Source: Leptospira sp.
GTDB taxonomy: Bacteria; Spirochaetota; Leptospiria; Leptospirales; Leptospiraceae
Reading direction: 5' to 3'
Length of the DNA: 64,000 nt
Assembly (NCBI GenBank): GCA_034439575.1
Contig: JAWXAQ010000016.1
Location: 1 to 64,000 of the forward strand
Both the position numbers and the translations under genes were made by a program. This document shows positions 1 to 10,612 of the stretch, piece after piece; within the stretch, counting starts at the first letter, position 1, and each line of letters opens with the position of its first letter. The notes beneath the pieces are model-generated. The model was given only the letters and a program-made list of their open reading frames with translations. It was not told the origin of the DNA and did no database searches.

Positions 1-2
1 CC

Positions 3-2288
3 ATCGCTGGACTACATGGATATTTTGGCCTAGTTTTCTTTTTTACAAAATTTATAGCAGAAATTTTTGATAAAACGGCGAAGAGGTTAATTCATTATTA
101 TTCAATCATCGTGTTTTTTGCTTATTTGTATGCGATGTATTTTTTATATAATTTTGGTTTTACTAGGATGTATTGTAATTATGTAGAAATTCCTGTAGGT
201 TTGATCTCTGGTATTGGTGCGATTTTAGTTGTTTCTTTAGCCATTGTTCGCTCCTATCATGGTGACACAAATGCCAAAATCCTAGTATTAGGATTGTTTG
301 TATTCTTTACGACATTTTCATTTTATATATCATTTCAATTAAGACTTACAAACAAAAATCCTGCGGATGTCCACATTCGTTTTTTCCCTGTTATGTTAGC
401 ATTGATATGGATGATTGCGCTACGATATAGATCAAATTTATTAAAATTGCAACAATATACTTTGTTATTAGAAGAATCGAAAGATCGATTAGAAGAACGT
501 GTTAAGGAAAAGACATTCGATCTTGAAGTAGCAAATTACCAGTTAACAAAGGCAAATAGATCTAAGTCAGAATTTTTTGCCAATGTTTCTCATGAATTCA
601 AAACACCACTTACACTGATTCTATCACCCTTAGAAAAATTGGCCAAGTCGATTCAAAATTCTGATTCCTTGTTTCTCGTATCGATCATACATAGAAATGC
701 CGTCAGAATACAGTCATTAGTTGACGAATTGCTAACGATTGCCAAAATTGATTTTGGAGTTTTTCCTGACGAGAAAGTGGATATAGAATTGAATTCCTAT
801 TTTCGAAGGATGGCGGAGGAATTTCGGATCATCTGTGAAGATAAAAATTTGGAATTTAGATTAAGCGAACCACAGAATCATCTTTTTTTTAAAATCGATA
901 AACACCATTGGGATTTAATATTACGAAATTTAATAAGCAATGCGATTAAATTCACAGAACAAGGATATGTTGAACTAACATATCATATTCAAGATGAAAA
1001 AATTTTAATTGAAGTTTTGGATACAGGAATAGGCATCGCGAATGAAGAGATTCATTTAGTATTTGAAAGGTTTTATCAATCGGAAAGAAATAAAAAGGTT
1101 TCTGTGATCGGAACGGGTATAGGTCTTTATCTGGTGAATGAAATGGTGATGGATTGTCACGGTTTGATTTCTGTTACCTCCGAGATCGACAAAGGAACAA
1201 AGTTTAGTTTAAGTTTGCCTATCTTTAGAGCAGATCCCATACAATACATTGAAAATAATTCAGAGACTAAAAAAGAAATACCACATAACATAATTGGAAA
1301 TTCAGGGAATCAAAAAAATGTGAATATACTCATCGTGGAAGATGAACCTTCCATGGCTGACTACTTGAATTTTTTACTTAAGGGAAAATATAATATAACA
1401 TGCGTCAGTCATGCTTTAGATGCCAAAAAACATATCGAATTATATAATTACGATTTAATTCTTTCTGATTGGACCTTACCTGGTGAGACGGGGCTATCAT
1501 TATTGGAATTTTTAAAGAGAAAAGATAAGAATGTACCTTTTTTATTTTTAACAGCGCGTTCAGAACAAAATATCATTGAATCTGCATTTAATCTAGGCGC
1601 GGATGATTTTATCAAAAAACCATTTCAAGCGGAAGACTTAATATCTCGCATTCAACAAAAGATCAGTAAAAGTAAAGAACATCTACAAGACCTTATTGTG
1701 GAAAAGGATACTATATATGGAGACATTCATGATATTATTGGCGGAAAATTAACAGACTTATTGTTACAGATCAATCAATTAGGCAAATTACCTCATATAA
1801 CAGGCGATCAACTGTCAACTTTGAAAAATACTACGAATTTACTTTCGCTTGAACTGAGAACTAAATTGCACGATTGGGAAGACTTTAGAAATATTCAAAA
1901 TGATTTTGAACTTGGATGGATGTCGATGCTTGTGCGGAGGTATTCAAATTCTGGGCGAACTTGTCGAATCAAGTTAGATGAGAATATTTCTTGGAAGGAA
2001 GCTGAGTCTTGGGATCAAAAATTCAAAGTAGAGATATTTAGAATTTCGCAAGAAATAGCGAACAATGATTTAAAGTATGGATTTGGTTCTGCCCATTGGA
2101 AAATTTTTAGTTTTTTTCCTGAATTTATTTTTGAAGTTAAAACCAAATCAAATCATTCGGAATCGAATCTGCGAGGTAGAGGTTCTAGAAATATAGAAGA
2201 ACGTTGCAAAAATATTTTTGCAACGTTCAATCAAATCCATTCCAACGATGATTTTATAATCAAATTCTCTGCGCCTTCAAAAACATAA
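3..2288 (+). CDS. Membrane hybrid sensor kinase, 5'-truncated by the window: TM region, HisKA, HATPase, REC, then a second degenerate HisKA_3/HATPase-like module
   Basis: Frame is open from position 3, upstream of the ORF-track start at 111. H-box FFANVSHEFKTPLT, N-box NLISNAIKFT, G1 DTGIGI, G2 GTGIGL; REC ILIVEDE..SDWTLPG..KPF; C-terminal DIHDIIG and EIANNDLKYG. Confidence 0.9.
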   Translation: MAGLHGYFGLVFFFTKFIAEIFDKTAKRLIHYYSIIVFFAYLYAMYFLYNFGFTRMYCNYVEIPVGLISGIGAILVVSLAIVRSYHGDTNAKILVLGLFVFFTTFSFYISFQLRLTNKNPADVHIRFFPVMLALIWMIALRYRSNLLKLQQYTLLLEESKDRLEERVKEKTFDLEVANYQLTKANRSKSEFFANVSHEFKTPLTLILSPLEKLAKSIQNSDSLFLVSIIHRNAVRIQSLVDELLTIAKIDFGVFPDEKVDIELNSYFRRMAEEFRIICEDKNLEFRLSEPQNHLFFKIDKHHWDLILRNLISNAIKFTEQGYVELTYHIQDEKILIEVLDTGIGIANEEIHLVFERFYQSERNKKVSVIGTGIGLYLVNEMVMDCHGLISVTSEIDKGTKFSLSLPIFRADPIQYIENNSETKKEIPHNIIGNSGNQKNVNILIVEDEPSMADYLNFLLKGKYNITCVSHALDAKKHIELYNYDLILSDWTLPGETGLSLLEFLKRKDKNVPFLFLTARSEQNIIESAFNLGADDFIKKPFQAEDLISRIQQKISKSKEHLQDLIVEKDTIYGDIHDIIGGKLTDLLLQINQLGKLPHITGDQLSTLKNTTNLLSLELRTKLHDWEDFRNIQNDFELGWMSMLVRRYSNSGRTCRIKLDENISWKEAESWDQKFKVEIFRISQEIANNDLKYGFGSAHWKIFSFFPEFIFEVKTKSNHSESNLRGRGSRNIEERCKNIFATFNQIHSNDDFIIKFSAPSKT

Positions 2289-2356
2289 TCCAATTTCCAA
2301 AATAAATGTTTTCTCACATAAATAGGGTATAGCGGGATTGATGTTTAGGTGTTAGA

Positions 2357-2998
2357 ATGGTAGCAGTGGAAAAGCCTATTTTTGATTGTGTAGAAGATGA
2401 CCAAGGTTTTGTCTCAAAAATGGTGACTTTACTTGCTCCTTTAGCTAAACATGTACGGACTTTTTCGAATGCTGAAGAATACTTAAACTTCGGTGATATA
2501 AATCATACAGAAATTTTATTTGTAGATATCATTTTACCGGGTATCAATGGAATAGAACTAACTAAAATTATACGTGAAAAACATCCTGATCTTAAGATTG
2601 TGGTTTTATCTGCTATGGATTCAGATGATATTTTGTTTCAAGCTCTGAAATCTGGTGCCATCGGTTATATACTTAAAACTGAAGTTGAAAATTTGACAAA
2701 GTTAACGCAAGATATTCTGAATGGAGGAGCTGTGATATCTTCAACACTAGCACTTCGTGTTTTAAAAAGTTTTCATGAACCTCATGCCATTGCAAAGGAA
2801 GGATTTGAAACGCTGACATCTCGCGAAAAAGATATTTTAAACGAATTGATTTCAGGTCAATCCTTACGTGAAGTTGCAGATGAACTTGAAATTTCGCTTC
2901 ATACAGTTCAAACACATACAAAAAATATTTATAAAAAGCTTCAGGTCAACAATCGAATCCAATTGTTAAAACGAGCTTCGGATTTAGGCTTCAATTAG
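2357..2998 (+). CDS. NarL/LuxR-family response regulator
   Basis: REC (VEDD, VDIILPG, GAIGYILK) plus LuxR HTH (LTSREKDIL..SLHTVQTHTKNIYKKLQV). Confidence 0.95.
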   Translation: MVAVEKPIFDCVEDDQGFVSKMVTLLAPLAKHVRTFSNAEEYLNFGDINHTEILFVDIILPGINGIELTKIIREKHPDLKIVVLSAMDSDDILFQALKSGAIGYILKTEVENLTKLTQDILNGGAVISSTLALRVLKSFHEPHAIAKEGFETLTSREKDILNELISGQSLREVADELEISLHTVQTHTKNIYKKLQVNNRIQLLKRASDLGFN

Positions 2999-3003
2999 GG
3001 AAT

Positions 3004-3618
3004 ATGAAAAGAATAGCTATTATAGAAGATCAAATTCATTTCCAAGAATATGCCAGAGAAACATTATCTCAAGACAAAGAATTGGATTTGGTTTTCTTTT
3101 TTTCTGCAGAAGAATTTCTGGCATATGAACAAAATGATCAATTTGATTTGATTTATTTGGATATCAAATTAAAGAATATGACTGGTCTTGAGCTTTTACG
3201 GATAACAACCGATAGCGGGAAAGAATATAAAATTGTTATACTTTCTACTTTGTTTTCTGATTCAGTGATTTTCGAAGCACTTGAAAATGGAGCTATAGGA
3301 TATCTTTTAAAATCAGAAGTATTTAATTTATTAGAAATCACATATATATTTCTAAATGGTGGATCTGTGATCACTCCGACTATCGCGTTTCAGGTACAAA
3401 GAAAATTTAAAAAAAATCCTGTTCTTGGATTAGAAAAATTAACGGACAGAGAAAGACAAATTTTAGACGAATTGATTAAAGGATATACAGCAGACAAAGT
3501 TGCTAGTCATTTTGGATTATCACCCCATACTGTAAGAACTCAGATTAGATCTATATATTCAAAATTGAAAGTGAATAATCGCACAAATTTAATCAACAAA
3601 CTTCGTTTAAACGATTAG
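3004..3618 (+). CDS. NarL/LuxR-family response regulator
   Basis: REC (IEDQ, LDIKLK, GAIGYLLK) plus LuxR HTH (LTDRERQIL..SPHTVRTQIRSIYSKLKV). Confidence 0.95.
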   Translation: MKRIAIIEDQIHFQEYARETLSQDKELDLVFFFSAEEFLAYEQNDQFDLIYLDIKLKNMTGLELLRITTDSGKEYKIVILSTLFSDSVIFEALENGAIGYLLKSEVFNLLEITYIFLNGGSVITPTIAFQVQRKFKKNPVLGLEKLTDRERQILDELIKGYTADKVASHFGLSPHTVRTQIRSIYSKLKVNNRTNLINKLRLND

Positions 3619-3671
3619 AAAGAATGCACTATTAAAGTGGCTTTATGATATAAATTGAGTTGAGAGAATTT

Positions 3672-4949
3672 TTATTGATTATTTTCAAATGTAAGAAGGA
3701 TCGCGAAAGTGTTTTCTTCGGAAATGTCAGTGAAAATCCCACCCAAAGAATTGATTCGATCTAAAATAGATTTATTACCTCTTCCATAATCATTTTTTGG
3801 TAAAAGTTCAACTAATTTTGCTGATCTGAATTCTATGCTGAATAAATTCATTTCATAACGGAAAAACCAACTCGATTCACCAACACCATATTTTAAATCA
3901 TTGGAAGAAATTTCTTTGATGATCGCAAACAAAGATTTTTTAGATGGAAGAGAAAAATTTAAAATCGAAGATTCAAAACTTTTTTCCGGATAGAAAGTAA
4001 CTTCTGTAGAATGCGAAGAGGAAGAATATCTATTCAGCAAATATAATTTTATATTATCCCAAAAATTAGTATCTTCGCTCAAAAGATTATCTTTATTGAA
4101 TATTTCACTTCTTAAATTATTATACACATTTTGAATGTTAGAAACAATATTCAAAAATTGAGGTTCTTCTATTGGTAGATTAGGATTTCTATGGATTAAC
4201 TGTTTTGATTGTAACAGAATATCTAGTAAATCCGCTCCTAAATGATCATGTAAATCATCCAACATTTGTTTTGTGACTTTTTGTTCTTCTAGTTCTTTTT
4301 CAAGTTTGATTTGCAGAACAAATTGATCTTTAATCTTTTTTTCATTGAGAAATGTTTCGTATCTCAAACGAAAAGCATAAAGGTGTGAGAGCACCGCGAT
4401 AATATAAAATATTAAACTATAACTGATTGTGTTTTGCATTTCAATATTGAATTGAAAATTTGTATGTACTAAACTTCGCCAAACATAGTATAATAATGGA
4501 ATTATCCACAATACATTTTCAAGAAATGGTTTGTAAATCACAAAGACCATAAAGAATAACATAGTAATGGGATAAGCAAACCAAACGAACAAATTAAATG
4601 GAAAGTTTGGATCCAGTGGATCAAGGGGAGAAGGGTGAAATTGGGTTTCGATTTCTAATAAGCAAATCACAACCCCTAATACCTGAATCCCTATTCTGCC
4701 GAAATCAGATTGATTTTTTGATAAGGAAAGAAATAAAGAAGCGACTATCAAAATGATAACAAGTGCTCTCAAAATTGCATTTATGTAATGAAAAGAACGT
4801 AAGTCATCGATGAAATAATACAAATAAATGATACTACCACCAAACGCATAGTACCTTACAGCTAAGGTGCTCATATCGAATACTTTCCGTATGCCTTCCA
4901 GCTCAAGTTCATCGTTTGAATACGGATTGAAGAATTTTTTAAAATTCAT
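3672..4949 (-). CDS. Multi-TM sensor with a degenerate HisKA_3-type kinase module
   Basis: About six hydrophobic segments, then DDLHDHLG H-box, EISSNDLKYG N-box and GRGNKSILDR. Confidence 0.75.
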   Translation of the reverse strand: MNFKKFFNPYSNDELELEGIRKVFDMSTLAVRYYAFGGSIIYLYYFIDDLRSFHYINAILRALVIILIVASLFLSLSKNQSDFGRIGIQVLGVVICLLEIETQFHPSPLDPLDPNFPFNLFVWFAYPITMLFFMVFVIYKPFLENVLWIIPLLYYVWRSLVHTNFQFNIEMQNTISYSLIFYIIAVLSHLYAFRLRYETFLNEKKIKDQFVLQIKLEKELEEQKVTKQMLDDLHDHLGADLLDILLQSKQLIHRNPNLPIEEPQFLNIVSNIQNVYNNLRSEIFNKDNLLSEDTNFWDNIKLYLLNRYSSSSHSTEVTFYPEKSFESSILNFSLPSKKSLFAIIKEISSNDLKYGVGESSWFFRYEMNLFSIEFRSAKLVELLPKNDYGRGNKSILDRINSLGGIFTDISEENTFAILLTFENNQ

Positions 4950-5089
4950 GGCTTATTTGTTTTATAAGGGAAAAACTTCGCGGTAATTATTGGTTTGTGA
5001 TGCGAACAAATGCTAAAAAAGATAAATTAATTTTTCTTTTTTAGCATCGTTTCAGTTAACAATTATTTACCTAAAATAGTTGTTAAATT

Positions 5090-6061
5090 CTATTTTTTTA
5101 GGCCTTCTTTGATGGCGTCTAACTCTGATTTTGCTTTGTTTTGGATGTCGCTTTTTTGCGTTTCCTTAGCAGAGTTCATTTCACGAGTTCCTTGTTCTTT
5201 GTCGCCTTTTGCCGAATTTAAAAGCTCCGCATTTTTTGTTTTTTGAGCTTCAAGTTCATTTTGATTATTTGATTTTTGGTCTTCCAATTTTTGTCTATTT
5301 TCAACTTTAAACTCTTCTAAATTGGCACGGATTCGTTCTCTTTCTTGTTCAAATTGTTCGCGAATTGACTGCATTTGTTCTTTTGCTTCTAGGATTAGTT
5401 CTGCGGCAGATTTTGATTCTTTTGCAAGTAGTTCTTTTTCTTCCTCTGTTAATGGCAAGGTCTCGCGGCTATCGTCATTCGCCTCAGATTTGTTACCTTC
5501 TTCAATCACAGCCGCTGAATCAGATAACAAAGGGTCATTTTCATTGGCCTCTGTGACTTGTTCCGATTGGACACTTCCTTCTGAAACCAATACTTTGGAT
5601 GAGTCAGATTCAACAACAGTCATAAATTCTGTCCCACGAACGCCTGCTACTTGAGTCGTAGTGACAACTTCTATCGACTCCCCTTTTTTTAAAGCGCTAG
5701 GTTGTTTTACAAAAAGTTTTCCTGAGTTTAAGAAGAATCTATTTCGCGTTAAATTTTGATCTGCAAAAAGTTTAGTATCAATTTTGAGATTCGTATTTTC
5801 GAATAATTTTAGAAGGGCACCCGTTGGTAGGAGTAACTCTACTTGTCCATTAGCACCTGTTTGCAATATGCTTCCGTCTGGTATGATATCAAATAATTTT
5901 ATAGCAAGAGGACTCCCGGAAGCGGAGGAAATTTTCACATCACCCGTTTTTTGGTAATAAACAACAGTCGGGATTGATGTAGAAGTAGACGATTTTGATT
6001 TAGGTTTACAGTTAAAAATTAATATATTTAAGATAAGTAAAACTATGCTAATTATTTTCAT
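5090..6061 (-). CDS. FecR-domain lipoprotein with a C-terminal coiled coil (LipL45-like)
   Basis: Likely start ATG at 6061 gives MKIISIVLLILNILIFNC (spirochaetal lipobox); FecR motifs LQTGANG and AGVRGTEF; E/K/Q-rich tail. Confidence 0.8.
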   Translation of the reverse strand: MKIISIVLLILNILIFNCKPKSKSSTSTSIPTVVYYQKTGDVKISSASGSPLAIKLFDIIPDGSILQTGANGQVELLLPTGALLKLFENTNLKIDTKLFADQNLTRNRFFLNSGKLFVKQPSALKKGESIEVVTTTQVAGVRGTEFMTVVESDSSKVLVSEGSVQSEQVTEANENDPLLSDSAAVIEEGNKSEANDDSRETLPLTEEEKELLAKESKSAAELILEAKEQMQSIREQFEQERERIRANLEEFKVENRQKLEDQKSNNQNELEAQKTKNAELLNSAKGDKEQGTREMNSAKETQKSDIQNKAKSELDAIKEGLKK

Positions 6062-6174
6062 TGATAAATTTCCAGAGTCATTTATTGAATTTTGTATTTT
6101 GGTCAACCAAAACACAGCAGTATTTTATACTGAATTAGAATTTGTGCAATATCTTTTAATTAGAATTTTAAAAT

Positions 6175-7074
6175 TTAGAAAAATCCTTTTTTCTTGGCTT
6201 TTGTTTTTTTCTTACTAGAAATAAAGTCCATCATCACCTTTTCTGCGATTTCTTTTTTTTCCAAGTGAACAAAGTGACCACATTCTGCAAAATGAACTGC
6301 CTTGACATTGGGAGTTGTGCGTTCTATTTCTTGGATATCTTGGCCTGGAACGACTGGGTCTTCATCTCCACGCAAGATAAGTGTCGGGACTTCATTGCCA
6401 AATAACAAAGGTCGAATGTCGGCTCGGTCTAACATTTCTAAGATGAGTAGAATGTTTCTGGGATTTAAATTATCAAATTGTTTATAATACTCAGCGATAA
6501 ATTGTTTGATGTCTTCTCTGTCGTGAAATGCATTTGCATTATAAACGCCAAAAGAAAAACCAAAGTGCAACGCTTTAGGTAAGGATTTTCCAATTTTAAA
6601 TCCAAAATCAAAGATACCTCCTAGATTCGTACGAATTCCCATAACACCTAACTTAAGCGGACCTCGCACAGGCCCATGAACATAAGGGGCAATGGAAATC
6701 ACTTGTTTGATGCGGTTTGGAAACAAAGCAGCTATGGCAAGGACAGCCATTCCACCGGTTGAGTGGCCTACAAGGGTAATGTTAGAAATACCCGCACTGT
6801 TCCAAATAGATTCTGCTTGGGCTTCCAAAAATTCTTGTAATGATATCTTTTGATTTTGATCAATGATCTCTGCAGGATAATGTCCAACTAAGTCTAGTTC
6901 GATGACTTCTCCGATTTTTTGGAAGAAGGGAATATTTAATGCCCAGTATCCCGCCGCAGAACACCATCCGCCAATGAGTACGATTTTTTCTTTTGATTTT
7001 GGGTCCAGTGAAGGATGTTTAACGAACGTAAGTCTGTGATTTTTCCATTCATAACTTTGTCTAGCGTGTGTCAT
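6175..7074 (-). CDS. Alpha/beta fold hydrolase
   Basis: GHSTGG nucleophile elbow, GDEDPVV, GHFVHLE. Confidence 0.9.
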   Translation of the reverse strand: MTHARQSYEWKNHRLTFVKHPSLDPKSKEKIVLIGGWCSAAGYWALNIPFFQKIGEVIELDLVGHYPAEIIDQNQKISLQEFLEAQAESIWNSAGISNITLVGHSTGGMAVLAIAALFPNRIKQVISIAPYVHGPVRGPLKLGVMGIRTNLGGIFDFGFKIGKSLPKALHFGFSFGVYNANAFHDREDIKQFIAEYYKQFDNLNPRNILLILEMLDRADIRPLLFGNEVPTLILRGDEDPVVPGQDIQEIERTTPNVKAVHFAECGHFVHLEKKEIAEKVMMDFISSKKKTKAKKKGFF

Positions 7075-7083
7075 TTGATCCCT

Positions 7084-8214
7084 CTAATTCACAATTGTTC
7101 TCGGAAATTTATCTAAAATGGAAGTGACAACTTCATAGTTGATTGTATTTGACCATGCGGCGTGGTCATCCGCAGAAATGGTTTCTTTTCCAGAGGTACC
7201 TATGATAATGACTTCATCACCGAGTACTGCTTCGGGGATATGTGTGATTTCTATCATTGTCATATTCATACAAATTCGACCTAAGATTCTCGCTCTTTCT
7301 CCATGAACCAACATATAGCCGTTATTTGAAAGTTTGCGATCCAATCCTTCGTAATAGCCAACAGGTATCACAGCTAGTCTAGTAGGATAGGTCGTTTTAA
7401 AAGTGGAACCATAACCTATAAATTCGCCCGCTTTCAATTCTTGGATATGTTGAATTTTTGTTTTCCAACTTAGGACTGGTTTTAAAGTCCCAATTTCTTT
7501 GCCCATAAGTGAAAGAGATAATTTAGTTTCTAAACTTGGCCAAAGACCATACATAGAAATGCCAACTCGTATTAAATCTAGACGTGCCTCAGGAAATAAC
7601 ATAGCTGAGGCGGAAGATGCACAATGTTTTACTAGATTATTGTATCCATTTTTTTTAAAAATACTTTCTGCTTTAAGAAAAGAATTTAATTGTTTTTGGG
7701 AATAAGAATGTTCTGTAAAATCTTCTGTACTTGCAAAGTGGGTAGCAATTCCATCAAGGTACATCTTTTTTTCGGAAAGAGAACTAGCGATCATTTCCCA
7801 ATTCTTTTCTGATTGTCCAAGTCTTGACATTCCCGTATCTAATTTTAAATGAATTTTTGGACGAGGGTTCAATTTTTGAAGTTCGGAGATTTCGGATTCA
7901 CTAGAAACCAAAATCCAAAAATTTTCATCAGCTAACAAATGTAATCGATTTTTAAAGTGGGGGATACTGCCCATGATCAGGATGATCGCGGTGGGAAATT
8001 TACTTCTGACTGTTATTGCTTCTTCTAGAGAATTGACTCCTAGTAAATCAGCGCCCGAACCAAGAGAAAGTTCCGCCAACTCAAGCAAACCATGACCGTA
8101 GGCGTTTGACTTGATTACAGCTGTAAATTTAATGCCAGGCGCAATTAGTTTACGAAACAAAGAAATATTATGGTCAAGTGCCGATTTGGAAAGAGACACC
8201 TCAGAAGATAACAT
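7084..8214 (-). CDS. alr: Alanine racemase
   Basis: AVIKSNAYGHG PLP-lysine motif, HLKLDTGMSRLG, GRICMN, TINYEV. Confidence 0.97.
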   Translation of the reverse strand: MLSSEVSLSKSALDHNISLFRKLIAPGIKFTAVIKSNAYGHGLLELAELSLGSGADLLGVNSLEEAITVRSKFPTAIILIMGSIPHFKNRLHLLADENFWILVSSESEISELQKLNPRPKIHLKLDTGMSRLGQSEKNWEMIASSLSEKKMYLDGIATHFASTEDFTEHSYSQKQLNSFLKAESIFKKNGYNNLVKHCASSASAMLFPEARLDLIRVGISMYGLWPSLETKLSLSLMGKEIGTLKPVLSWKTKIQHIQELKAGEFIGYGSTFKTTYPTRLAVIPVGYYEGLDRKLSNNGYMLVHGERARILGRICMNMTMIEITHIPEAVLGDEVIIIGTSGKETISADDHAAWSNTINYEVVTSILDKFPRTIVN

Positions 8215-8272
8215 ATCTCTTCCATAATTTTTTACTTTTCCCAGGTGTCGCTTCAGATATTTCTCTCAAAGC

Positions 8273-9472
8273 ATGTCACTTTCACATTCCATTTTACCTC
8301 ACTTTTCCATTCCTAAAACTTGGGAAGAACTCTCTCTTCTTTACCCAATGCAGTCAGATTCGATTTGGTTGAATTTTTGTGGCATTTCGCCCATATCTAG
8401 CTATGCCAAGGATACAATGGCAGATTTTTATGATGAGTATTCAAAATTCGGAATCTTTGCCCCAAAATACGCCGAGCCAAAAATTAAAGAAGCCATAAGG
8501 GAATTACTTGCACCCATTATGGGATGCTCACCACATAATATTGGTTTAGTGCATAATACTTCGGAAGGGATGAATTTATATTCTAGAAGTATACAGTTAC
8601 CGAAAGGTTCTAGAATTCTAATCTTAGAAAACGAATATCCGAGCAATGTATATCCTTGGGAACATTGGCACGACAAAGGTGTCACTATAACTTTTGTTCC
8701 AGTAGGTAATTCGCCTTCAGTGTTTCTAAAAAATTTAGAGATAGAATTTGAAAAGGGCAATGTATCACTTCTATCTATTTCACCTGTGCATTGGTGCATT
8801 GGAATGCCTTTAGATATGGATATCATTGCTGGTCTTTGTGAAAAGTTTAAAGTGCGTTTGGTTGTGGATGGAAGTCAAAGTGTAGGTCATGTAAAATCAG
8901 AATTCCAAAAATGGAATGTGGAATTTGCTGTATTTGCCGCCTGGAAGTGGTTACTCGGACCCTTGGGAATGGGGATTGTATATGTCAGTGACAATATCCC
9001 AAATGATTTTGAGGTAATTTTTAAAGGGGCAGGTAGTGTCAAAAATGATTCCAATTATTTGCCCTATCGTGATGAACGAAAGCCCGCCGCCGACCAATTC
9101 GAACATAGCACAGCTAATTTTAATGATTGGGTTTATTGTTTAGCATCTTTACGTATGCTTACTGACATTGGTTATCCGAAGGTGACGGATCGAATTTATG
9201 ATATTTCAGCACAAATGTCAAATATGTTAAAATCATTGGGATTTACATTAGATTCAGAAAATTTTCCTGATAAAAAATCCGGAATCATTGCGATTAATGG
9301 TCGCAGAGAGGGAAAAGAGTTTTTGCCCGATGCTTTGCAATTGTTTTTAAAACAAAAAAAGATATATACGGCCGTTAGGTTAGGAAGACTACGTTTGGCG
9401 CCACATATTCCGGTGACTGAAAAACATATAGATAGATTAGAAATTGTTTTAAAGGAATTTTTATCTAAGTGA
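8273..9472 (+). CDS. Class V PLP-dependent aminotransferase / cysteine desulfurase-like
   Basis: HNTSEG, EYPSN, VDGSQSVG, AWKWLLGPLG. Confidence 0.9.
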   Translation: MSLSHSILPHFSIPKTWEELSLLYPMQSDSIWLNFCGISPISSYAKDTMADFYDEYSKFGIFAPKYAEPKIKEAIRELLAPIMGCSPHNIGLVHNTSEGMNLYSRSIQLPKGSRILILENEYPSNVYPWEHWHDKGVTITFVPVGNSPSVFLKNLEIEFEKGNVSLLSISPVHWCIGMPLDMDIIAGLCEKFKVRLVVDGSQSVGHVKSEFQKWNVEFAVFAAWKWLLGPLGMGIVYVSDNIPNDFEVIFKGAGSVKNDSNYLPYRDERKPAADQFEHSTANFNDWVYCLASLRMLTDIGYPKVTDRIYDISAQMSNMLKSLGFTLDSENFPDKKSGIIAINGRREGKEFLPDALQLFLKQKKIYTAVRLGRLRLAPHIPVTEKHIDRLEIVLKEFLSK

Positions 9473-10410
9473 TAAAAATAATGGAACGAATTGTACATGC
9501 TTTCCCGTGGATATTATTAACATTCACAGGAATTGCTTTTTTGTTTCCCGAAGGATTTTTATGGTTTCAAGGGCCTTGGATCACTTATAGCTTAGGTGGA
9601 ATCATGCTTGGCATGGGGCTTACTTTAAAATGGGAAGACTTCCTTCGTATATTTAAATTGCCAGGTCAGATATTGCTTGGTACTATATTACAATATACGA
9701 TTATGCCATTTCTTGGATATTCTATTGGCATCTTACTAGAATTAAACGATGTTTATGCCATTGGCCTGATTCTTGTGGCTTGTTGTCCCGGTGGCACAGC
9801 TTCCAATGTGATTACATTTCTCGCAAGAGGGAATCTTCCTCTCAGTGTAACTCTGACATCGGTCTCTACAATCTTTGCTATTTTTTTGACTCCTTTACTC
9901 GCTTCTCAATTGATCGGAAGTAGGTTAGATATAGATCCCATCCCACTGTTACTTACAACATTTAAAGTTATCCTATTGCCTGTGACTCTAGGAGTTCTAT
10001 TACAAACTTTTTTCCCAAAAATTTCAAATCGCATTACGGTTGTTTCTCCCTTGTTGTCGGTTCTCCTGATTGCAATGATTGTCGCATCCATCATATCACA
10101 GGGGAAAGAACAAATTCTCAAATCAGACTTCCGTATATTTTTGGCTGTTTTTTTATTGCATGCCGGTGGATTTTTTTTGGGTTATTTTCTCACCAAACTT
10201 TTTTATAAAAATTTACTTGTACTGAGAACTATCTCGATTGAAGTGGGTATGCAGAACGCAGGTCTTGGGGCAGTGCTTGCAAAAACCCATTTTGCGGACC
10301 CAAATACGGCGATTCCGAGCGCTCTTTCAAGTTTGATGCATTCTTTAATTGGAAGCTTTCTTGCTGGAGCTTGGCGAAAATCAACAGAAAAAGTACGCAT
10401 TGATTCTTGA
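9469..10410 (+). CDS. Bile acid:sodium symporter (BASS/PanS-like)
   Basis: MLGMGLTL, QYTIMP, CCPGGTASNV, SIEVGMQNAGL. Confidence 0.93.
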   Translation: MIKIMERIVHAFPWILLTFTGIAFLFPEGFLWFQGPWITYSLGGIMLGMGLTLKWEDFLRIFKLPGQILLGTILQYTIMPFLGYSIGILLELNDVYAIGLILVACCPGGTASNVITFLARGNLPLSVTLTSVSTIFAIFLTPLLASQLIGSRLDIDPIPLLLTTFKVILLPVTLGVLLQTFFPKISNRITVVSPLLSVLLIAMIVASIISQGKEQILKSDFRIFLAVFLLHAGGFFLGYFLTKLFYKNLLVLRTISIEVGMQNAGLGAVLAKTHFADPNTAIPSALSSLMHSLIGSFLAGAWRKSTEKVRIDS

Positions 10411-10444
10411 CGATTTCCCCCCATACTACGGAATGGCATAAATT

Positions 10445-10606
10445 ATGAGAGAAATCATAAAACTAACCTGCGTCCCTTGCGAAATTCCAGGCAGATCTAC
10501 GTATTTCCAGACCAAAAATAAGAAGACTAAGTCGGAAAAATTGGTTACTAAGAAATATTGTAAATTTTGCCGTAAACATACTGATCATAAGGAATCTAAA
10601 GTCTAA
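10445..10606 (+). CDS. rpmG: 50S ribosomal protein L33 (zinc-ribbon form); absent from the ORF track
   Basis: Manual translation: MREIIKLTCVPCEIPGRSTYFQTKNKKTKSEKLVTKKYCKFCRKHTDHKESKV. Confidence 0.95.
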   Translation: MREIIKLTCVPCEIPGRSTYFQTKNKKTKSEKLVTKKYCKFCRKHTDHKESKV

Positions 10607-10612
10607 CTACAA

